Positions 16,502-24,777 of a stretch of DNA of 64,000 bases are shown here, one piece after another. Origin of the DNA: a virus; IMG/VR virus record IMGVR_UViG_3300007735_000786, positions 8,752-72,751 of that record. The stretch is one strand, 5' to 3'. Made by a program: the position numbers and the translations under genes. The notes beneath the pieces are model-generated. The model made no database searches, was not told where the DNA came from, and saw only the letters and a program-made list of their open reading frames with translations. The stretch's first letter is position 1. Every line of letters begins with the position of its first letter.

Positions 16502-17449
16502 ATGGCACGCACTTCTGTTGTAGCTCAAGATCGTCGTAGTTTAAACAATCCATTAAACCTTGGCACCTTTTCTTCTACTTCTTTACGTTATCTAAAAGGT
16601 TCTTTAGGTCCTAAGAATAGACTTGTTGGTTACGCTGATACCAACCAACTTTCTAACGGTGGTTTTGGTGGAGGTGCTTATACTAACTGGTTTTCAATTA
16701 CAATTACTAATCCCGCTTGGATTATTATTGCTAAAGGTAATCCTCGACCACAGTACATTCAAACATCAACGTATGATTTAAATAGAAATCCAATTCAAGG
16801 AGAAGCAATTTTTGATGCTGATTCAGTTACTGACGGTTTCAAAACAAACGGAGAAGTATATATTCCATATTTAGACACTATGATGAGTGCTCAGTCAGAT
16901 TTATATAACACATTTGCAAAGGCACGTTTAGATCGAGGAGATGAACGTTATTATCCACTGGAAGTAGGTAGTTATTTAATATGTATCTCAACAACACGTA
17001 ATGAACCACTTGATTATGAAGTAGGCATTGTTGTTGAGTTTCCTGTTACAGAAATGTTTATTTCTGTTGAAGATACAGATGAGATTGTATTTTTTCTTCA
17101 GGAAACATCAATAGATTATTCTCGAACAATTAATATTGATTCTCCAATTATTACTGATACAACTATATCTTCTGATGTAGATAGACCTAATGGTTTTACT
17201 GAGACTGAGTGTACAATAAATGCAACTTTTACTGTGACTGTATTATTAAATTCTACTTGGTTTATTGGTGAGCCAATACCTTCTTCTCAAGAGGATGATT
17301 TTAAAGTTATCATAGAGCCAGGGGGAGAATCTTCTTTTGCTGGTTTTCATGATCATTCTTTAACTGAATGGAGAAACGCGTGGGAAAGTCAACATCAAAA
17401 TACAGATGTGTTTCCTGAATTATTTGCTTCTTTAACAAACAGACTATGA
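16502..17449 (+). CDS. hypothetical, probably virion-associated protein
   Basis: 315 aa, T/S/D-rich, TAGAAT element upstream. Confidence 0.6.
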   Translation: MARTSVVAQDRRSLNNPLNLGTFSSTSLRYLKGSLGPKNRLVGYADTNQLSNGGFGGGAYTNWFSITITNPAWIIIAKGNPRPQYIQTSTYDLNRNPIQGEAIFDADSVTDGFKTNGEVYIPYLDTMMSAQSDLYNTFAKARLDRGDERYYPLEVGSYLICISTTRNEPLDYEVGIVVEFPVTEMFISVEDTDEIVFFLQETSIDYSRTINIDSPIITDTTISSDVDRPNGFTETECTINATFTVTVLLNSTWFIGEPIPSSQEDDFKVIIEPGGESSFAGFHDHSLTEWRNAWESQHQNTDVFPELFASLTNRL

Positions 17450-17868
17450 CTTCAAGAAAAAAGAAAACAAAAACAGTTGTATTACCAGACGGTCAATTAC
17501 TTAAGATGCGTTTGCTTCCTTGGATACGTACAGAGAAAGGTTGTGTATGGCTCGCAAGCTTAGCTATTGGTCGTTCCAAACGGCAGATAAATGACTGGAT
17601 GGATCGTAGAAAAAAGAAATCAGTAGCTAAATTAGATAAAAGTTTAAATGGTACCCTTGGTCCTGGGACGCAAGCAGTTGCCATACGTCAAATACGTCAG
17701 TGGGTAGATGAACTGCCAAAGGGAGAATCAATTACTTTACGTTGTGAGTCAACTGTTCCTGATAAACAGTTTCGTGTGTGGAAGAAATGGTTTACAAAAC
17801 ATGAAGATATGAGGTGGGAAATATCAGAAGAACACAAATCTTTTTTCTTTTACAAATCAATACTGTAA
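17446..17868 (+). CDS. hypothetical basic protein
   Basis: ATGA overlap; 140 aa. Confidence 0.6.
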   Translation: MTSRKKKTKTVVLPDGQLLKMRLLPWIRTEKGCVWLASLAIGRSKRQINDWMDRRKKKSVAKLDKSLNGTLGPGTQAVAIRQIRQWVDELPKGESITLRCESTVPDKQFRVWKKWFTKHEDMRWEISEEHKSFFFYKSIL

Positions 17869-17892
17869 AATAAAAGTAATTAAATAAATCTC

Positions 17893-18054
17893 ATGAACCT
17901 TTCCAAGTATCTCGAAGTAGCTCTTGCTATCCATGCAACAGCTAGTGTTATCACAGCTTTGACTCCAACACCAAAAGATGACGGCTTTGTTCGCCAGCTT
18001 TACAAGGTAATTGAAATCTTAGCCTTAGTTGTAGGTAAAGCTAAACAACGCTGA
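17893..18054 (+). CDS. holin-like small membrane protein (53 aa)
   Basis: ALAIHATASVITALTPTPKDD..LYKVIEILALVVGKAK; convergent with the endolysin. Confidence 0.6.
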   Translation: MNLSKYLEVALAIHATASVITALTPTPKDDGFVRQLYKVIEILALVVGKAKQR

Positions 18055-18056
18055 GT

Positions 18057-19148
18057 TTAGGTAAGAACACACCAACCGGAACCTGGCCCTTCGACTAGCC
18101 ATCTAGGGTTAAAATTTTTGTAACTATACTTGCGTTTAGCACCATTGGTACTTATATATTCACCAGACAATAAATCTATTTCGCCCCAAGGGTCATTGAC
18201 AATATAACCAGTGTCGTCGTAACCAATAATACAAAGCCAATGCCCACCTCCTCGTGGTGCATTTACAGGTCCATGGTGCAGAAAACCAACAGGAACAGGT
18301 TTGTTATTGTTAATTTGTTTTTTAATTAACTCAACTGTACCTTTAACACTAAAGCGTGCTTCTACGTCATACTTAAATAGAGCTTTAATTTGCGCCGTGC
18401 TATCAGTGCTATCACCATACATAAACACAGTTTTAATATAATCATCATCACTTGTTATTGCTTTGGGTTTTAGATATTTCAACATCATGGCACAACTAGA
18501 ACTAAAACATGTTCTACCTGCGTCTCTATAGTTATCCCTTTGACTCATATAAAGAACAGGCAGGGGATTTACTTTTGGTACATCACCTCCTGGTGCTTCA
18601 ATTTTTTGATCCATAATCTGAATCAATTTTGTAGGGTATCCAGGGTCTGTTGCGTAGCCTTGTTCTTTAAGCTGTTCTGCTGCTGCATTGCGATTTGGTG
18701 CGTTGTTAACACCTTGGTATCCTTCGTAATCTTTGTACCATCGGTCAACGAGATAGGAAACACAAGTGCGTAAGTCAGGAAAATCAAGGAACCCATCAGT
18801 AATTGTGATCCAGTTGCCGTTAATAAATTCCTGCGTAGGTTGATTAGTTCCTGATCCTTTAAGTCCAAAGTAATTGTTCTTACCCGAGACATGTTTTCCC
18901 CAATTTGATTCTAGTGCCCATTGTGCTGCTACTAATTCTGGATATTTAGCACCAGAAACTTTAGCTACTGCTATAACACGATCCCAATCATTGGTATAAG
19001 TGTCTTGAGCAGGAGCATTAGTACGGTACTTAACAAAAAATTCTTTTAGTTTATCGGCTGGAATGGTAGTCTCCAGCCAATTAAAAGCATCTGTTTGTTC
19101 TTTAAGTCCTTTATAGAACTTAGCTGCATCGATAAGCTTGTCTGCCAT
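18057..19148 (-). CDS. endolysin: GH73 glucosaminidase plus C39-like peptidase
   Basis: AAQWALESNWG, NNYFGLK, GYATDP.Y; QRDN..CFSSSCAM, GHW, VNDPWG. Confidence 0.85.
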   Translation of the reverse strand: MADKLIDAAKFYKGLKEQTDAFNWLETTIPADKLKEFFVKYRTNAPAQDTYTNDWDRVIAVAKVSGAKYPELVAAQWALESNWGKHVSGKNNYFGLKGSGTNQPTQEFINGNWITITDGFLDFPDLRTCVSYLVDRWYKDYEGYQGVNNAPNRNAAAEQLKEQGYATDPGYPTKLIQIMDQKIEAPGGDVPKVNPLPVLYMSQRDNYRDAGRTCFSSSCAMMLKYLKPKAITSDDDYIKTVFMYGDSTDSTAQIKALFKYDVEARFSVKGTVELIKKQINNNKPVPVGFLHHGPVNAPRGGGHWLCIIGYDDTGYIVNDPWGEIDLLSGEYISTNGAKRKYSYKNFNPRWLVEGPGSGWCVLT

Positions 19149-19155
19149 GATTTAA

Positions 19156-19335
19156 TCAATCAGTAACATTAGTTTCATTTGCTTCAACAGGATCTACTTC
19201 TGGAGCAAACTCAAGAGTTTCTACTAGTTGACCAATAAGATTAACAGCAAAACCAATCAGGTTATGATCTCCGGTGGCACGAGCAGAACCAAAGGAATTG
19301 ATGGCACTAACCAACTCAGATTTTTTGCAAGCCAT
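19156..19335 (-). CDS. small hypothetical protein (59 aa)
   Basis: MACKKSELVSAINSFGSARATGD...; not in the ORF track. Confidence 0.55.
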   Translation of the reverse strand: MACKKSELVSAINSFGSARATGDHNLIGFAVNLIGQLVETLEFAPEVDPVEANETNVTD

Positions 19336-19368
19336 GATGTGTAGGTAACTGTTTAAAATATAGCAGAA

Positions 19369-19695
19369 TTAGTTGTTCCAGGGTATCCCCTGTGCGTTTG
19401 TTGGATGTAGTTTTTGTTCAATTTGAGTCTCTAATGCTGTGGCAATACTCGCAACTTGTTCCTCTCCTAAGGCATCTTTTACCCAACCAATTACTTGTTC
19501 TTTGGTTAATTGGTCATATGGCGTAAAATTAGTAGGGTCTGGATCGCTAAACCCAACGCTGCCATAAGCACCCGCACTTTCACCTTGGTCTTGTAAATTT
19601 ACTGTCCAGTGTGCGGTGTATACGGCACCATCGCTTAGATGACGTTCGAGTTGAGCAATATTCCATTCAGATGTAGCAGGAGTAACGTCAGTCAT
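19369..19695 (-). CDS. tail-fibre-associated protein
   Basis: WNIAQLER..DGAVYTAHW..FTPYDQLTKEQVIGWV..G.PW pattern, common downstream of fibre genes. Confidence 0.6.
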   Translation of the reverse strand: MTDVTPATSEWNIAQLERHLSDGAVYTAHWTVNLQDQGESAGAYGSVGFSDPDPTNFTPYDQLTKEQVIGWVKDALGEEQVASIATALETQIEQKLHPTNAQGIPWNN

Positions 19696-19726
19696 AAAAC
19701 TCTTTTTTCTTATTATAGATCAATTT

Positions 19727-20581
19727 TCATAACTCTGGCATCTCATATTCTTTTGTGCTGTTGCAATAGTGTTTAAATATAATCTCACTTGTATTTCCAG
19801 CCCATGATGCTACTTGTGGTACAGGAATACCGGCCTCTATCCAACAACTGATTGCAGTATGGCGACAATCATAGGGGCGATATAGGTGGGAGATTAATCC
19901 TGTGTCATGTAAAGGTTTTAATTTTTTACGAAAGTAACTTTGAAAAGCTACTCGATCCCAAGGAAAAATAAAATCATTTTCCTTTGGTACTTTTTCAAGA
20001 AGCTCTTGGCATTTGTTATTGAGTGGAACCCAGCGTTTCTTGTTGGTTTTAGTACTGTTCTTTAAACCGTGCGTAAGGGTGTAGTTTTGATGCACAAGAA
20101 TTTTATTTTCTTTAATGTCATCCCAGCGTAAAGCTCGAACTTCTCCTGTGCGCATCGCTGTTTGAAGCATAAATTCTGTGTACCAAGACCAATTAACATT
20201 TCTATATGTACGCTTTGCCGCTAATGCGGCTAACACTATACCTATTTCATTTCTAGGAATAACAATAATTTCTTCATCCTTCTGTGGTGCTTTAGGCATT
20301 TTAAAGCTAGCCAAGGGATTTTTATCCATATGTCCTACATCTTCTTGTGCTGCCCATTTGTACATTGTTTTTGCGTACATTGCTACACGTCTAGAAGCAA
20401 GCACAGGCTTTTCTCCCAGTATCCAGATCATGACCTTCCGTGCTTCGCTAATGTCTTGTACTGGACAACGAGATAACCATTTTGTGGTTTGCCTGTAATC
20501 TGATGTAAGGCTAGTGGGGCACAAAGAAATTGAACGTTCCTCCAAGAAAGCATTCCATAATTCTTTAAGCTCTAGTGCCAT
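19727..20581 (-). CDS. tyrosine recombinase / integrase
   Basis: TAMRTGE, KTNK, YDCRHT and VASWAGN....KHY catalytic set. Confidence 0.9.
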   Translation of the reverse strand: MALELKELWNAFLEERSISLCPTSLTSDYRQTTKWLSRCPVQDISEARKVMIWILGEKPVLASRRVAMYAKTMYKWAAQEDVGHMDKNPLASFKMPKAPQKDEEIIVIPRNEIGIVLAALAAKRTYRNVNWSWYTEFMLQTAMRTGEVRALRWDDIKENKILVHQNYTLTHGLKNSTKTNKKRWVPLNNKCQELLEKVPKENDFIFPWDRVAFQSYFRKKLKPLHDTGLISHLYRPYDCRHTAISCWIEAGIPVPQVASWAGNTSEIIFKHYCNSTKEYEMPEL

Positions 20582-20607
20582 GGGATTGAGTGGTGTAAAG
20601 GGTTACA

Positions 20608-20772
20608 CTACTCTGCTTCAACCTGCTTGTCAATCTCCTCAGCGTCTGGTGGAATTGTGTTCACAACGTATTGGGCAATAACTCGGTAACAGCCTAATGC
20701 TTCTTCCGTGTCCATTCCACCGTTAATTAGATCAACAGCAGCTTGCAGGACGTCGTTTTGTTGTGGTGTCAT
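20608..20772 (-). CDS. small hypothetical protein (54 aa)
   Basis: AAGGA RBS; MTPQQNDVLQAAVDL... Confidence 0.5.
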   Translation of the reverse strand: MTPQQNDVLQAAVDLINGGMDTEEALGCYRVIAQYVVNTIPPDAEEIDKQVEAE

Positions 20773-20827
20773 TTAATGTTCCTTTTCGGGAAGAAAATCG
20801 GAATTTATCCGTTTATAGGTGTAAAAT

Positions 20828-21103
20828 TTACCGTTCGGTAATACTATGGTTGCCATCGTCAAAAGAAAATAGTGTTTTTTGAGCAAGAAGCTTTTTAGCT
20901 TCTTTGAATACCAACTCTAGCTCATCAGCGTCGATGCGTACGCAGTGTTCAGAGTCATCGCCTAATTCACAAATCTTTACATATCCTCCTGCACCTTCGT
21001 CGTCAACAGAGACTTGTAAAGCACCACGTCCATAAACAGGGTTACTGTCTGGTCGATGTATGGCTACTGTAAGAATAGTTGCTACTGGAGCAGGGTCAGT
21101 CAT
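20828..21103 (-). CDS. hypothetical protein
   Basis: VSVDDEGAGGYV motif. Confidence 0.6.
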   Translation of the reverse strand: MTDPAPVATILTVAIHRPDSNPVYGRGALQVSVDDEGAGGYVKICELGDDSEHCVRIDADELELVFKEAKKLLAQKTLFSFDDGNHSITER

Positions 21104-21132
21104 TGTTAAAAAGAATGTGTGCTTATCCTACC

Positions 21133-21522
21133 TTACGTTAGATTGGGTACAAAAAATGTAAACCAAGTTCTTATGGCATCGCCTGTAGCTGTACCCGGTG
21201 CTGCACGTATTGCTTTTAATAATTGTTTAGGGTTAGTAAACAAGTGTGAGCCAGTGTCCTGGTACAACGTAAACCACACACCTTCGGTATTATGTGTGCC
21301 AGGGGGAACGTTTGCAAACACTCGAAAGCTGCCACCGTCAAATGTACGACTTACTCCAGCAGTAGGTGGTACCACACCACAGGCTTTGAGTACGGATGCC
21401 TTGAGTACCGACTCAGGAATAACAGCTAGTTGGCGCCAGGAGGGTTGGATTCCTGTAGCTGGGGTGTCATCAATAGACATTCCGGAATTTCCAGAGAGTT
21501 GCAATGTGCAGTATATGCACAA
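21133..21522 (-). CDS. hypothetical protein
   Basis: Minus-strand ORF in operon; start may be ATG at 21480. Confidence 0.45.
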   Translation of the reverse strand: MCIYCTLQLSGNSGMSIDDTPATGIQPSWRQLAVIPESVLKASVLKACGVVPPTAGVSRTFDGGSFRVFANVPPGTHNTEGVWFTLYQDTGSHLFTNPKQLLKAIRAAPGTATGDAIRTWFTFFVPNLT

Positions 21523-21625
21523 GCTGGAAGCTCGTTGTCGCCAACATCATCCTGATTGCTCAGGTCAAGACTTGCTTCGCAGTATTCGTCCCAAGGGGTA
21601 GTATCAGACATAGTAGTGTCAAAGT

Positions 21626-21931
21626 CTAGTTGGCTTCAGCAGTGTAGATTTTCCAGGTGGGACGGCAACGCCCACGAGCTTGATCAAAATAGCCGTCTTT
21701 TGTCCAATTTTTCAAACGTGCTGCTTTTAGTGCATCAAGATAAGGTTTAGCTTCTGCTTTAGTTTTAAATTTTTTTGGCGGGGTTGCCGTACTAAACTTC
21801 TGGATATCTTCTGAATCAAGAGGTAATGCCGTTGTCCAAGAGTCTGCAATAGAAGTGGTTGTTTCTGTGACGTAATGAACCCATCCTGGTTCATATGCGT
21901 AGTCACGGATCTCGTACAGTTGGGTAGTCAT
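21626..21931 (-). CDS. hypothetical protein
   Basis: Likely start MTTQLYEIR at 21931. Confidence 0.55.
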   Translation of the reverse strand: MTTQLYEIRDYAYEPGWVHYVTETTTSIADSWTTALPLDSEDIQKFSTATPPKKFKTKAEAKPYLDALKAARLKNWTKDGYFDQARGRCRPTWKIYTAEAN

Positions 21932-22063
21932 GATCTCTAGGGGATTGTGGCCGTGGGCAGGAGGTTGTACTCGCTGCCCTACCACATTACACGGCGCCAG
22001 ACCATTTTCGTGATGTCAGGAAAATGGTTCAGCTAGGCACAGTAAAGAAGGGGGAGACTGGGC

Positions 22064-22546
22064 TTAGCTTCGTGCAAACTCGCCGTGCAATTCTTCGCGC
22101 AACTTGTCAAGAGCGACGATAGCTTCCTCCTTGTTATCAAAAGAGCCAGCGGAATGCCGCTTGTAATCCAGAATAACGCAGGTGTACCACTTGTTCTTTT
22201 TCCATGTGACGCCCTTTACGCCCGACTTGCTGTCAAACCGCACACGGCGGTTCATGCAGTTCTGGGAATGAGTGGCTGCTCGCAGGTTTTCAATGCGGTT
22301 GTCCAACACCTCGCCGTTGATGTGATCAACAAACGGGACAGGATCATTGCCGTGCATGACCCAGACCAAGCGATGAACGGCGTAAAGCTTGTAGTTGATC
22401 TTGATGCGGCGGTAACCGTCACGATTGACTGAGCCCGCTGGCATCCCGATGCGCCGTCCATTGCCGCTGACTCTCCACAACAGTTCGCCATCCCGATACT
22501 CAAAGAGTTCGTGGAGAAGGTCTGCTGGTAGTTCGTTGGTTTTCAT
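22064..22546 (-). CDS. HNH homing endonuclease with AP2-like domain
   Basis: VHRLVW...VDHING..LDNRIENLR..T.SQN; SGVKGV..HGEFA. Confidence 0.9.
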   Translation of the reverse strand: MKTNELPADLLHELFEYRDGELLWRVSGNGRRIGMPAGSVNRDGYRRIKINYKLYAVHRLVWVMHGNDPVPFVDHINGEVLDNRIENLRAATHSQNCMNRRVRFDSKSGVKGVTWKKNKWYTCVILDYKRHSAGSFDNKEEAIVALDKLREELHGEFARS

Positions 22547-22548
22547 GG

Positions 22549-24738
22549 CTACGCGCTCTCAAGAGCAGCAACTTTGGCCTCAAGGGTTTCGATGCGCTCC
22601 ATTGCTTCCTGCAGCGCCTTGACTGCCTTCATGTAAAGCACCGAGTAGTTGACGCTCTTGGTGACGGTGCCAAGGTCGTTACCTTCAGTGTCGCGGTCAG
22701 GTGATTCATTAACTAAACCAGGGGACACAAGTTCGACTTCTTGTGCGACAAGACCGATTTGGGTGTGGGTGTTGTAACCAGTTTCTTCTTTAAAGTTGTA
22801 TCTGCGAACTTGCAGAGCTTTAATGTCAACCCACTGAGAAGAAGCATCAACAATGTTTTCTTTTAACTTTTGGTCAGAAATTGCTCCATAGGAGTTGTTT
22901 GTGTTCTTTAAGTCGCCGTCACCTTCAATGTACGCCTCACCAGCGTTGCCGCCAATAATTGCAGTTTGCGAATTATTGCCAACGTTTCTATAACACTCAA
23001 GTAAGCCTTGGCTACCTGTTCTGTTAATTGAAAAACCAAACGAAGCGGCACCTGGAGCAGATGTCGTGCCGGTGGAAATTCGACCATCATTATGAATCCT
23101 CATCCGCTCCACCGGACCCGTAACTGGACTTTGATTATCCGGCGTAGTGGAGAACACTAAACGCCCCGGCATGTCATTAGCGCCGGGGGTGCCGTCTACT
23201 TGTGCTGAGATTGCGGCTGCAGCTACAAATTCAGTGCCATCTGATCCTTGGAAACTGATTTCGCCAACTTCATCTTGACTTTGGACAGCTGTAATTCCGC
23301 CGATAGAATTGGAGCGATGTTTTGCAAAAATTGTAACGGGACCATTTGTATTGCTTGCACCATAGATCTGCGCCGTCATCCGTTGGTCCGTATTATTGGC
23401 ACCTTCTGCTTGAACCAAGGCGGAAATAGTAGTGTTAAAGAAAGTGGCACGCGCACTAGACGTGCCCACTAAGAGCCTGCCGGAGCTGTCGATGCGGGCG
23501 CGTTCGGTATCTGACGTATAAAAAGTAATAGGAAGAAAAGAGCCTGATCCAGTCTTGCTGGAACTCAAACGTACATCCGTAGTTCCAATTACCGCTAAGT
23601 CAAAAGCTTGATAATCACTTGCGTTTGGATCGGAATTATTAATACCATTAATTGCGGCAATGTTTCCCGTGCCGTTTGGGTACAGGAAGAATCGAGTATT
23701 ACCGTTTGTTGTTGAGTTTTGAATTGCAAATCTTGAGCTTTGCGTTCCACTCATGTTTGCTAGCAAACGAGGAATTGATCCGCTAATTTGTATATTTCCG
23801 TTTACATCCAATGCCTGCGCAGGGCTCGTAGTGCCAATCCCTACGTTGCCTCCCCTTGGTTGCAAATGCAGACCATACGGAGCCGCTAGGTTATTATCCG
23901 ATGCTTGTATATATGCACCATAATTACCAGTGGCTGTGTGCAGTCCAATGTTGACCTCGTTGCTAAGGGATTGATCTTTTAACTGCAGTAGTGAATTTGC
24001 AGTTGTGCCACTTGATGGAGGCTCAGCGGCAGTTCCTGTAACTGAGAGTTTAACTTCAGGCGAACTAGTCCCTATGCCTACAAGCCCTTCCGTGCTGATT
24101 GTCATCCGCTCAGCTTGCGCTCCACTTGAGTTAGCGCCTTGCGTATAGAACTTCAGACCGCCGTAGTTACCGCCAGCGCGGCAAGCTCTGATCTCAGAAA
24201 ACGGACTACTGAAATTAAATACAAGACCATTAACGGCGTAAGAAGAGACTCCTCCGCTAAATACACCACCACCGGGAGTAACAATTCCGTATGAGTCAAT
24301 TAGGAGCCGCTGAGACCCACCAGTGCTGATGGCTAATTGGTCTGCGCCGGGGCTGTAGATGCCGGTATTTGAGTCCGATAGTATCGCTAAGGATGGAAGT
24401 GCGGCTGTACCACTAGCAATAATGCCAGATGTGATGGTGGCAGTAGTTCCCGTCAAGGAAGTAAAGTTACCGGTTGTAGTAGAGACCGTAGTACCTGTTA
24501 TTGTTACGCCTGAAATCTGTGTAGTAAATACACCTGATGCAAAGTTTGCAGTTGTACCAGTTACAGTAAGACCTGAAACAGTTGTGCCACCTCGGATAAT
24601 ATTGCCTGATATGGTACCAGTAACAGTAATATTTCCTGTGAAGGTTGGATTCTGTACTAAGCCGGAGACAGGAACACTTTTATCTACACCACCATCAGTA
24701 AAGGTGATTGTATCAATTTTGATAGTACCGTAAGGCAT
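22549..24738 (-). CDS. tail fibre with C-terminal intramolecular chaperone (peptidase S74)
   Basis: VGIGT repeats, NDMPGRLVFST, SDQKLKENI...GLVAQEV...KALQEA. Confidence 0.85.
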   Translation of the reverse strand: MPYGTIKIDTITFTDGGVDKSVPVSGLVQNPTFTGNITVTGTISGNIIRGGTTVSGLTVTGTTANFASGVFTTQISGVTITGTTVSTTTGNFTSLTGTTATITSGIIASGTAALPSLAILSDSNTGIYSPGADQLAISTGGSQRLLIDSYGIVTPGGGVFSGGVSSYAVNGLVFNFSSPFSEIRACRAGGNYGGLKFYTQGANSSGAQAERMTISTEGLVGIGTSSPEVKLSVTGTAAEPPSSGTTANSLLQLKDQSLSNEVNIGLHTATGNYGAYIQASDNNLAAPYGLHLQPRGGNVGIGTTSPAQALDVNGNIQISGSIPRLLANMSGTQSSRFAIQNSTTNGNTRFFLYPNGTGNIAAINGINNSDPNASDYQAFDLAVIGTTDVRLSSSKTGSGSFLPITFYTSDTERARIDSSGRLLVGTSSARATFFNTTISALVQAEGANNTDQRMTAQIYGASNTNGPVTIFAKHRSNSIGGITAVQSQDEVGEISFQGSDGTEFVAAAAISAQVDGTPGANDMPGRLVFSTTPDNQSPVTGPVERMRIHNDGRISTGTTSAPGAASFGFSINRTGSQGLLECYRNVGNNSQTAIIGGNAGEAYIEGDGDLKNTNNSYGAISDQKLKENIVDASSQWVDIKALQVRRYNFKEETGYNTHTQIGLVAQEVELVSPGLVNESPDRDTEGNDLGTVTKSVNYSVLYMKAVKALQEAMERIETLEAKVAALESA

Positions 24739-24777
24739 TGTTTTGTTAGTCGGTTTTTCTTATTTTAACCGGAAAAC

